From: an uncultured Gammaproteobacteria bacterium
GTDB lineage: Bacteria; Pseudomonadota; Gammaproteobacteria; Pseudomonadales; JAHEGP01
NCBI GenBank assembly: GCA_963722805.1
Contig: CAVROQ010000010.1
Location: 38,915-102,914 of the forward strand
Reading direction: 5' to 3'
Length of the DNA stretch: 64,000 nt
In this document: piece by piece, positions 19,354 to 27,685 of the stretch
Layout of the letters: each line of letters starts with the position of its first letter
Numbering within the stretch: position 1 is the first letter of the stretch
Notes under the pieces: generated by a model
The model's database searches: none
Told to the model about the DNA's origin: nothing
What the model saw: the letters and a program-made list of their open reading frames with translations, nothing else
Translations under genes and position numbers: made by a program

Positions 19354-20331
19354 ATGAGTGAGCCATTGCTGCAAGTCCTGCAGTTGAGCAAACACTTCCC
19401 TATTCGTGGCGGTGTATTTCGCCGGACGGTGGCTGAGGTTCACGCTGTCGATAACGTGTCATTCGATATTTATCCCGGTGAGACTCTCGGTCTGGTGGGC
19501 GAATCCGGCTGTGGTAAGAGCACCATCGGAAAAACCCTGCTGAAGCTACTTGGGCGCTTCGACGGCGAGATCTGGTTTCAGGGGCAACCACTTCACAGCT
19601 TGTCTTCCAGCGCAATCAAAGATCTGCGCAAAGACATCCAGATTGTTTTCCAGGACCCGATGGAGTCCCTCAACCCTCGGCACACGGTAGGCGAGATCAT
19701 CGAGGAACCGCTTATTATCCACCGCCAGGGAGACAGTGCCAGCCGCAGACAAAAGGTTATCCAACTGGCAGAACGTGTAGGCTTGTCGGCCAGTGCCCTC
19801 GACCGGTATCCTCATGAATTTTCTGGTGGCCAACGCCAGCGTATCGGTATTGCCCGAGCCATTGCTCTGGATCCTCGGCTTATTGTCTGCGATGAGCCGG
19901 TTTCTGCTTTGGACGTTTCAATCCAATCACAGATCCTGAACCTGCTGCTAGAATTGCAGAGAGATCTCAACATTGCGCTATTGTTTATTTCCCATGACCT
20001 GGCCGTTGTAAAACACATCTCTCACCGCATTGCGGTGATGTACCTGGGAAATATCGTTGAAATTGCGGATGCCGGAACCTTATATCTGCAACCCCGGCAC
20101 CCTTACACTCGCTCCCTCATTGACGCCATACCCAAGCCCTACCCTGGCTTTGACAAAGAGCGTGAACTTCTGCCGGGTGAGCCGCCCTCTCCCATCCACC
20201 CGCCTGCCGCTTGTCGCTTTCACCCGCGCTGCCCGATGGCACAAGAAAAATGTCGCGAAGTCGCACCGGAAATTGAAAAGGTGGGTGAAAACCATCAAGT
20301 GGCTTGTCACTTTTGGCGAGAAACTCTGTAA
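19354..20331 (+). CDS. ABC transporter ATP-binding protein (DppF/YejF C-half-like)
   Basis: 325 aa with Walker [10 protein letters not shown], signature FSGGQRQRI and Walker B LIVCDEPVSALD. It starts immediately after the previous stop. Confidence 0.92.
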   Translation: MSEPLLQVLQLSKHFPIRGGVFRRTVAEVHAVDNVSFDIYPGETLGLVGESGCGKSTIGKTLLKLLGRFDGEIWFQGQPLHSLSSSAIKDLRKDIQIVFQDPMESLNPRHTVGEIIEEPLIIHRQGDSASRRQKVIQLAERVGLSASALDRYPHEFSGGQRQRIGIARAIALDPRLIVCDEPVSALDVSIQSQILNLLLELQRDLNIALLFISHDLAVVKHISHRIAVMYLGNIVEIADAGTLYLQPRHPYTRSLIDAIPKPYPGFDKERELLPGEPPSPIHPPAACRFHPRCPMAQEKCREVAPEIEKVGENHQVACHFWRETL

Positions 20332-20466
20332 CGGCTATTGGCAAGTGAAACTTACGTGAGGAAACCTGCTCAGGCCACCTCGCGAGACGGCACCGCAATC
20401 CCGAAAAAAAGCTGCGCCCAAATAAAAAAACGTTAGCCGATCGCTGCGGCCCGGGAATCGAATAGT

Positions 20467-23400
20467 CTAGTTGCGCGAAAGGTGCTCGAGTTGATCAGCA
20501 CTGCTTAAGTATAACTCCTCGATCTTTTCAACCGGGATAGGCCTGCTTAGATAGTAGCCCTGAGCAATATCGCAGCCCTGCTTCTTCAAGAAGGCTCGCT
20601 GCAATTCTGTCTCGACTCCCTCGGCGACGACGCTCACATTAAGCACATGCGCAAGATCAATAATGGTTTTAACGATATCGGCATCAACCTGGTTGGTGAC
20701 AATATCAACGACAAAAGAACGATCGATCTTGATGACATCAACAGGGAAGCGCTTGAGATAATTTAGTGAAGAGTAACCTGTGCCGAAGTCGTCTATTGCA
20801 AGACTGAGCCCCATCGCCCTGAGCTTGGCCAGCGTGGCAATAACCTGATCGGGCTCCTCCATAATAGTGCTTTCGGTGATTTCCAACTCAAGGTACTGGG
20901 CCGGCAGGCCGGTTTCCCTGAGTATCAAGGCTATGGTATCGACCAATCCGGGATTGATAATCTGCTTGCCGGACAAATTTACCGAAGCGCACATCATCTT
21001 GAAACCGCGCTTGCGCCAACTCTGCAATTGCTCACAGACTTCCCGCAATACCCATTCACCCAGAGGCAAAATATGTCCTGTCTCTTCAGCAAGGTAGATA
21101 AACTCGTCTGGACCTACCAGACCTCGCTCCGGATGCTCCCATCGTATCAGGGCTTCCATCGCCGTCACCTTGCCCGTCTTGAGGTCTTCCTGAGGCTGGT
21201 AAAAGATCACAAATTCGCCGCGATCGAGGGCACCGCGCAAATCGTTCTCTAGCTGCAGGCGGCGACTCACATCCGCCTCCATTTGACTTTCATAGAACTG
21301 GTAGCGATCGCCCAGCTTCTTGGCTCGGTACATCGCCATGTCGGCACTTTTCAGCAAGGTGCCGATATCCTCCCCATGATCGGGAAACATTGCGATACCG
21401 ATACTGGTGCTGACGTACATTTCCTTGCCCATAAAAACAAACGGACGCGACAGCTGCTGATGGATTTTCTCTGCCACGTTGGCAACTGCTTCGGGCGATT
21501 TAACCCGGTCCAGCAATATCGTAAATTCATCGCCACCGAAGCGGGCGACCATATCTTCCTTACGCAGGCAGCCCTGGACCCGTTCAGAGAAATACTTGAG
21601 TAGCAGGTCTCCGGTTTCGTGGCCGAGGGTATCATTGACCAACTTAAAGCGATCCAGGTCAAGAAACATCAGGGCCAGCATACTGCTTTCGGGCCTCGGT
21701 CGTGCCAGAGCCTCGCCAAAATGCTCGTTGAACATTACCCGGTTCGGCAGCCCGGTAAGGGTATCTTTATAAGCCAACTGATGGACGTGGCGCTCTGCAT
21801 GATGGGCTTGCACCAGGTGTGTAATTCGTTTGCTCAATACCCAGAAATTTACAGGTTTGGCGATATAGTCAGTTGCTCCCGACGCAAATGCCTTGTTGAT
21901 CGAAGCCTCGTCATTGAGCGCGGTAATAATCAGCACGGGTACCTTGCGGGTCTGTGACAAATTTTGCAGCAGCGCACAGGCTGTGAAACCGTCCATTTTC
22001 GGCATGACGGCATCCATCAGCACCAGGTCCGGGGCCTGCTCTTCGCACTGGCTAAGGGCCTGCTCTCCATCTGCCGCCTCTTCAATCCAGTAACCTTCGT
22101 TACGCAATACTTCTGCCATAGCCATGCGGGAGCCGCGATCATCGTCGACGATCAGGATTCTGGGTTGCCCCGAATAACCAGGGTCAAGCTCGGTATTGGC
22201 GACATCCTCGGGGGTGGCTGCTGCTAACCTGGCCGCATCCTCTGAAAAATCTCCCTGCTTCAACCACGCCACCAGCGCATGACTCGCGGCACATACTTCA
22301 CCAACTTTCTTCTCGGCTCCCTCCAATTCGTCCTTGCGGGCCTGCGATTCCAATTGCTGGCTGATTTCAACCAGCCGCACTGCCCCGACGTTGCTTGCAC
22401 TACCCTTTATCGTATGGGCGATAACCGCCAACTTTATAGAGTCGCGCTGCTCCAGAGCCTGCTCCAGCGCTTCGAGATAAAGCGGCAGATCTTCCACGAT
22501 TGCCGCAATGACTTTTTCAACCGCCGGCCCAAGCTGGGCCTCAAGGTTTCGTAGCACCTGAATGTCTATGATCTCGGAAGTGTTCTCGATATCCTGGCCG
22601 CCGACAACAATCTCTTCCGGTTCAAAACCCTCGATATGCTCCCAGTTTTCGTCATCCGTTGGCCCCGATGCATCCAACCAACGTAACAGCTTTTCTTTCA
22701 GGGCATCCCGGCTAAGCGGCTTGGCCAGATAGTCATCCATTCCCACCGAGAGGCAGCGTTCGCTTTCACCCTCAGTGACGTTGGCAGTCATGGCGATGAT
22801 CGGCACATGGCTGTCTTCTGCCTCATACTCCCGGATAATTGCAGTTGCCTTATATCCGTCCAACTCGGGCATATGACAATCCATCAGCACCAGGTCGTAA
22901 CTAGCCCGGGCGATCTGGGCGAGGCATTCCTTGCCATTATTGACCACATCAGCCTGACATCCCATACGCTCGAGCATTGCCAACGCCACCTGCTGATTGG
23001 CACGATCATCCTCTACCACCAATAGCCGGCTGCCGCGAAACATAATGGCCGAGGGTTCGAGGAGTTTGCGTTGGGTAGATGCGGCATCGCCGGTTTTTTG
23101 AATTTCATTGATACAGCTCACAAGGTGATTACGCAACACCGGCTTGGTTAACACCGCGCTGGCATAATTTGCGCAAGTTGAGTCAGCAACAGACCCATAC
23201 CGCTGGATAAATATGACGCCCGCCTGCCGTAGCACCGGAACACCGCGCATATAACGCAACAGTTCAAAGCCGCGGCCACCATCGAGCATTTCGTCAAGGA
23301 GTACAAGCGTAAACGGCTGCTGTGAAGAGGCCTCGACCAGCTTTTCCTGTGCCTCATCAAAACTTGAGGCAACATCCCACTGGACACTGTTGCCATCGAG

Positions 23401-24966
23401 CATACAGCCAAGACTGCGCTGCATCAGAGGGTTGTTATCGATAATAAGCATGCGACCATGAGTGGACTTGATGCGGAGCAGCTTTGACGGGGTAGCCTCG
23501 CCACCTTGTTGCAACAGCGGCAGGGTAAACCAAAACCGGCTGCCCTCACCAGAGTCGCTGTCAACACCCATATCACCGCCCATCAACTGCACCAGTTGGC
23601 GAGAGATAGTCAACCCAAGTCCAGTGCCGCCAAACTTGCGTGTGGTAGATTCATCGCCCTGGGAGAATACTTCAAAGATCCGCTCTTGCTGCTCTTCGCT
23701 GATACCTATTCCAGTATCCCAGACTTCAAAGCGCAAATCGATGCTGTCAGTATTCATATTGATCACAGAGGCTTCAATGCCCACCGAGCCATGCTCGGTA
23801 AACTTGATAGCATTACCCGCGAGGTTTACCAACACCTGACGTATTCTATCGCTGTCTCCAATCAGGTATTCAGGAATTTCGGCTGCCGCAACATAAGCGA
23901 AATCAATATTCTTACGCTGGGCCTGTGGCCCCAGTAACACAACAATTTGCTCGAGGCATTCGTTCAGGTCGAACTCACGCAGCGATAACTGCGCTTTGCC
24001 TGCTTCATTTTTGGAGAAGTCCAGCAGATCATCAATCAGGCAGAGGAGAGACTCCGCCGAGCTTCGGGCTACTCCCACAAATTCCTTCTGCTTTTCACCA
24101 AGGCGCATGTCACTGAGCAGATCAAGCATGCCGAGCACGCCGTTCATAGGGGTTCGCAGCTCATGGCTCACATTGGCAGCGAACTCTCCCTTGGCTTTAG
24201 CAGATTCCAGAGCCTGGTCCCGTGCTAACCGCAGCGCCTCTTCCCTGCCGTCCAGCACGTCCATCATGGTATTGAAAGCGCTCTCCATATCGCGAATATC
24301 GCTGGTACCTCGCAGCTCTGCCCTGACCGCGTTCTCACCTTGCTCCGCCTTGCGCATGGTGCGGGCCAGATTCTGCAGGGGCCGGGTTAACCTTCCGGTA
24401 ATGGTGAGCAATGCGAGTAACAAAAAGGAGGCCAGAGCTATTGAGACCAGCAAGTTGTAACGAAAAATACTGCTCTCCATATTGTTGAGTGTTGCCTTGC
24501 TCATCATCACCCTGACATGACCAATCAGTTCCGGGCCATCGGCAACATTGGCAAATGGCGAATCTGCCCCACTGCCGCTATAAACCGGGGAATCGAAGTG
24601 CCAGGCTTCGGGAGTTTCCTGAAACAAAGCCAGTTCCGTGGAATGGGCACCACGAGAATAACCATCGGGGAGATCGCTAAACAATATGCGCTCTCTGACA
24701 TCAGTTATTTCAACAGCCTCGATATCGGGGAAGGCTTTGATAACAACAGCGGCCTCCGTCGCGCTATCTTCACTGCTATAAAGGAGGGCCAGGGTGCTTT
24801 GCTCGGCAAAGCTTTCTGTCAACTTGAGTCCTTCACCGATTAGCCGCTCGCGCAGCTTTTGGCTGGTCAGCTCAGAGATGACTATGCTCGAAATCAAGGC
24901 CAGCAAAAGCATACCAAGACTGAAGATAATGCCTAGCTGGTTTCTGAAGCTGATATTCTTAAGCAT
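20467..24966 (-). CDS. Multidomain hybrid sensor: TM-periplasmic domain-TM-HAMP-HisKA-HATPase-(atypical REC)-REC-Hpt-REC-GGDEF-EAL
   Basis: Domains read from N- to C-terminus:
- H-box FAANVSHELRTPMNGV;
- ATPase GNAIKFT...DTGIGIS...GGTGLGLTISRQLV;
- atypical REC RMLIIDNNP...LVLLDEML;
- REC LLVVEDDRANQ...LVLMDCHMPELDG...LAKPL;
- Hpt AHTIKGSASNVGA;
- REC ILIVDDDRGS...LVLMDAVMPKMDG...IAKPV;
- GGDEF with I-site RKEDMVARFGGDEF;
- EAL with EALIRW, ELEITES, DDFGTGYSSL, KIDRSF and EGVET. Confidence 0.95.
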   Translation of the reverse strand: MLKNISFRNQLGIIFSLGMLLLALISSIVISELTSQKLRERLIGEGLKLTESFAEQSTLALLYSSEDSATEAAVVIKAFPDIEAVEITDVRERILFSDLPDGYSRGAHSTELALFQETPEAWHFDSPVYSGSGADSPFANVADGPELIGHVRVMMSKATLNNMESSIFRYNLLVSIALASFLLLALLTITGRLTRPLQNLARTMRKAEQGENAVRAELRGTSDIRDMESAFNTMMDVLDGREEALRLARDQALESAKAKGEFAANVSHELRTPMNGVLGMLDLLSDMRLGEKQKEFVGVARSSAESLLCLIDDLLDFSKNEAGKAQLSLREFDLNECLEQIVVLLGPQAQRKNIDFAYVAAAEIPEYLIGDSDRIRQVLVNLAGNAIKFTEHGSVGIEASVINMNTDSIDLRFEVWDTGIGISEEQQERIFEVFSQGDESTTRKFGGTGLGLTISRQLVQLMGGDMGVDSDSGEGSRFWFTLPLLQQGGEATPSKLLRIKSTHGRMLIIDNNPLMQRSLGCMLDGNSVQWDVASSFDEAQEKLVEASSQQPFTLVLLDEMLDGGRGFELLRYMRGVPVLRQAGVIFIQRYGSVADSTCANYASAVLTKPVLRNHLVSCINEIQKTGDAASTQRKLLEPSAIMFRGSRLLVVEDDRANQQVALAMLERMGCQADVVNNGKECLAQIARASYDLVLMDCHMPELDGYKATAIIREYEAEDSHVPIIAMTANVTEGESERCLSVGMDDYLAKPLSRDALKEKLLRWLDASGPTDDENWEHIEGFEPEEIVVGGQDIENTSEIIDIQVLRNLEAQLGPAVEKVIAAIVEDLPLYLEALEQALEQRDSIKLAVIAHTIKGSASNVGAVRLVEISQQLESQARKDELEGAEKKVGEVCAASHALVAWLKQGDFSEDAARLAAATPEDVANTELDPGYSGQPRILIVDDDRGSRMAMAEVLRNEGYWIEEAADGEQALSQCEEQAPDLVLMDAVMPKMDGFTACALLQNLSQTRKVPVLIITALNDEASINKAFASGATDYIAKPVNFWVLSKRITHLVQAHHAERHVHQLAYKDTLTGLPNRVMFNEHFGEALARPRPESSMLALMFLDLDRFKLVNDTLGHETGDLLLKYFSERVQGCLRKEDMVARFGGDEFTILLDRVKSPEAVANVAEKIHQQLSRPFVFMGKEMYVSTSIGIAMFPDHGEDIGTLLKSADMAMYRAKKLGDRYQFYESQMEADVSRRLQLENDLRGALDRGEFVIFYQPQEDLKTGKVTAMEALIRWEHPERGLVGPDEFIYLAEETGHILPLGEWVLREVCEQLQSWRKRGFKMMCASVNLSGKQIINPGLVDTIALILRETGLPAQYLELEITESTIMEEPDQVIATLAKLRAMGLSLAIDDFGTGYSSLNYLKRFPVDVIKIDRSFVVDIVTNQVDADIVKTIIDLAHVLNVSVVAEGVETELQRAFLKKQGCDIAQGYYLSRPIPVEKIEELYLSSADQLEHLSRN

Positions 24967-24993
24967 CAATTAATCTAACCTTTGGCCTCTGGC

Positions 24994-25965
24994 CTATTGT
25001 CTCGGAAAAACAACGTCTATTTCTCGAATTCTGGCGCGCGAAATATTCAAGCCCAAGTGCTCCGCAGTCCGAATATTCACCGCTCTCAGCAAGTCCCGTG
25101 CGTGTTCAATTCCGATATTATTGCCGTCTCGCTTGGCCACAAGCGCCTTGGCTATCGAATTGCCAAGGCCCTGATTGTCTGGATAGAGTGAGAATAGAAC
25201 ACCCTTTGAAACATAGGAAGGGTTACTGGAAAATACCAATAACTTGCGGTTCCATGCCCCCTTTAAGACATGGTACAAAACTGACCGTTCGCGCAGTGCA
25301 ATATCTCCCTGCAATAGCCAGACACTATCTTGTCCCGGGGCCAGGGTTTTAAACAAAGCCCGGTACCGGCTTGCGGATTCGGACAGTGATTCAATCAAAT
25401 AGGCTTCCAGTTGAAGACCATGCGCTGCGGCAACGGCTTTGGCTCGCTGCATCAAGCGCCCATGAAGCTTTTGCTGGTAAATGACGTGAACGGTTTTGAT
25501 TTCTGGCGCCAGAGCAACAAGCTCACGAAACATTTCGTCGGGGTCAGGTGCCAGGGTTATGGCGGTAAAGTCCGGCTCAACTGTCACCGGAGCCGCTAAT
25601 ATCGCGCTGCTGATGGTCAAGTAACTGGGCGGCAGTTGTTGCACAAAGTCCATAGCCTGGTTGCCCAACGCGACCACGGTTTTCAATTGGGTGCTGTCCA
25701 TGATAGCGACGACATCATCCAGGCTGGCATTACGCGCAAGCACCCGATCTTTCACCTCCCCCGGGTAACCCGCTCGAATGCCCTCGATAATATCAGTAAA
25801 TACGCGGACATAGGGGTCTGGCACATCGGGATATAGCACTACGATATCATCGGCAACATCGCCCTGTGCGAACACCGGAATTGCAAGCAAAAGCAGCTGA
25901 ATACCGCAAACCAGCACCGTGGCGGTTTTGAAGCGCAACCATTGGCCCCAGAGCACAGACTTCAA
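24994..25965 (-). CDS. Periplasmic type-I binding protein, ABC_sub_bind (PF04392)-like, with no cognate permease or ATPase nearby
   Basis: 323 aa with signal peptide TATVLVCGIQLLLLAIPVFAQG. An alternating beta-alpha PBP pattern is visible. The C-terminus RAVNIRTAEHLGLNISRARIREIDVVF resembles the typical end of the PF04392 family. The gene ends 24 nt upstream of the hybrid kinase gene. Confidence 0.55.
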   Translation of the reverse strand: MKSVLWGQWLRFKTATVLVCGIQLLLLAIPVFAQGDVADDIVVLYPDVPDPYVRVFTDIIEGIRAGYPGEVKDRVLARNASLDDVVAIMDSTQLKTVVALGNQAMDFVQQLPPSYLTISSAILAAPVTVEPDFTAITLAPDPDEMFRELVALAPEIKTVHVIYQQKLHGRLMQRAKAVAAAHGLQLEAYLIESLSESASRYRALFKTLAPGQDSVWLLQGDIALRERSVLYHVLKGAWNRKLLVFSSNPSYVSKGVLFSLYPDNQGLGNSIAKALVAKRDGNNIGIEHARDLLRAVNIRTAEHLGLNISRARIREIDVVFPRQ

Positions 25966-26019
25966 CGTAGCGCCTTACCAAGGTTACAGCCGCACAACGG
26001 CTTGCTTGACATCGTCCGA

Positions 26020-26841
26020 TCAGTCATGGGTCACCGGGCGCTCCTTGACACCGGTATATTTAATATCGTCACAGCTCAAAGGCAAAAACGATCCTGGCGG
26101 ATTTTTATGATTCTCCTCATAGCAGGCGTGGATTCCACCATTTACACAAAGACTGAATACAATGTAGCCTTGATACTGATCAAGGCCTTGATCAAGCCAA
26201 AAAGCACTCAGGTAACCCGCCAGGTTTAACGATTCACCGTATTTTTTACCGAGATACTCCTGAATACGGTAAGCGGCAGTCAGGTGGGCCCCGTCTGCAA
26301 ACCCCAGATTTCCGGCGACTCTTTGCATTGCGGCGACTCTTTCATCGCCGGCCGCTATCGGGCGCAAATACCCAGGAACCATAATCTTGCCTTTGCGTTT
26401 CGCATGACCTTCAATAAAATCTGCGGCCGATTGCCCGGCGAGCAACGACTTCCTGGCTTGGGCAATAAAACTAAGGGTATCCATTACAGTGCCTGGCCCA
26501 TACACCCTGGAATCGCTGGCCATGATACCGGCGCATATTGCAGCTGAGGGTAATACCCGCGCATCACCTCCTAACGCCCCGATCTGGTTACACCAGATTC
26601 TGGGGTCAGGCCAGCTCAAACATATAAATGCGCTCTCCATCCAATCAGATAGCCGTTTTTCCGGCATTTTACCGGTTACATTCAATAGCAACACCTGGAA
26701 GAAGCTCGCCTTCCCAACCAGGTCATCCATCATTGAGTAGCCCTGATTGGAAACGCCTTGCCCAAGCACCCAACCGCCTTTCCGGGAATAAATCTGGCCG
26801 CGGCGTTTATGCCAATAATCCTGGGGAGCGACGTCAGTCAT
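26020..26841 (-). CDS. Citrate synthase-fold protein B (citryl-CoA lyase-like, canonical catalytic His positions substituted)
   Basis: Likely start is the ATG at 26841 (MTDVAPQDYW; the track ORF extends to 26910). Family-like segments are SMMDDLVGKASFFQVLLLNVTGKMPEKRL, WPDPRIW, MVPGYLRPIAAGDERV and NLAGYLSAFWLDQG. GYLR replaces GFGHR, and GPGTVM replaces GPLHGGA. No signal peptide is present. Confidence 0.55.
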   Translation of the reverse strand: MTDVAPQDYWHKRRGQIYSRKGGWVLGQGVSNQGYSMMDDLVGKASFFQVLLLNVTGKMPEKRLSDWMESAFICLSWPDPRIWCNQIGALGGDARVLPSAAICAGIMASDSRVYGPGTVMDTLSFIAQARKSLLAGQSAADFIEGHAKRKGKIMVPGYLRPIAAGDERVAAMQRVAGNLGFADGAHLTAAYRIQEYLGKKYGESLNLAGYLSAFWLDQGLDQYQGYIVFSLCVNGGIHACYEENHKNPPGSFLPLSCDDIKYTGVKERPVTHD

Positions 26842-27685
26842 CCGATCCACTCCACTGATAGTGATAATGGCTATCGCTAACAAAGGGCATGTCCGTGATC
26901 GGTTTACCACTCATTTCAATACCATGCGCCAGCAAGCCGGGGCTGGATGCCAGTTGAAACAGGCCTGCACCAACATTTGGCGAAAACCCCAGCTCGGTAA
27001 AGATGGCGGCAGCAATGCCAGGCATTTGCCACCCAAGATTCGAACTGCGCATACCACTCACAAACGCCACACCCCAGGCCAACGCTTCGTTGTCTGGAAA
27101 GGATTGATGTAATCGCACTGCCGCGGCATCTGCGAAGGTATCGACACCTGCAAAGCAGCTGCCGAAGCCAGGTGCCACGCAAATGGGTTCTCCCTCAGCA
27201 CGCGGCTTATCCTGCAGCTCCTGGCTCAGCTCTACAGCCAGGACCAGGGGATCTTTACGGATGTTTTTACGCAGAAACTTAATCGCATTGCGTACTTGTG
27301 CAGCGCCAAGATGCTCACCGCCAAGCAACGCAAGCCCGATCGGCAAAAGATGCAGCGGATCGGCCCTGGACACGCTGGCATTCATCACGGCACGAGTACC
27401 CGCGTGGCGCGGGCCGGGATTTGCTAGCAAGATCAGTATTTGTTGCAATTGAGACGCTTGCCCGGCACTGGGAAGTTCACCTTTCAATAAGCAAAAAATA
27501 ACCTCAACCAGGCTTCTGCGCTCCATTAGGTCGAGCACATCGTAGCCATGCCATAACACCCGCTGCGCCACAAAGGGGTTTTCCGGGTCAGGAATTTCCT
27601 GGCAGACCTTGGTACTCACCTTGTCGGAAAACACATCGCCACGAGCTTTTACAAGCGCTTCTTCAGGCGAGTTCAGTTTTGTCAT
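26834..27685 (-). CDS. Citrate synthase-fold protein A (citryl-CoA lyase-like, GFGH His replaced)
   Basis: 283 aa. Family-like segments are RVLWHGYDVLDLMERRSLVEVIFCLLKGELPSAGQ, LANPGPRHAGTRAVMNASVSRADPLHLLPIGLALLGGEHLGAA and APGFGSCFAG. Canonical enzymes read PGFGHRVY at that last position. The start overlaps the receptor stop (TAATG), and the stop overlaps the start of protein B (ATGACTGA). Confidence 0.55.
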   Translation of the reverse strand: MTKLNSPEEALVKARGDVFSDKVSTKVCQEIPDPENPFVAQRVLWHGYDVLDLMERRSLVEVIFCLLKGELPSAGQASQLQQILILLANPGPRHAGTRAVMNASVSRADPLHLLPIGLALLGGEHLGAAQVRNAIKFLRKNIRKDPLVLAVELSQELQDKPRAEGEPICVAPGFGSCFAGVDTFADAAAVRLHQSFPDNEALAWGVAFVSGMRSSNLGWQMPGIAAAIFTELGFSPNVGAGLFQLASSPGLLAHGIEMSGKPITDMPFVSDSHYHYQWSGSDD

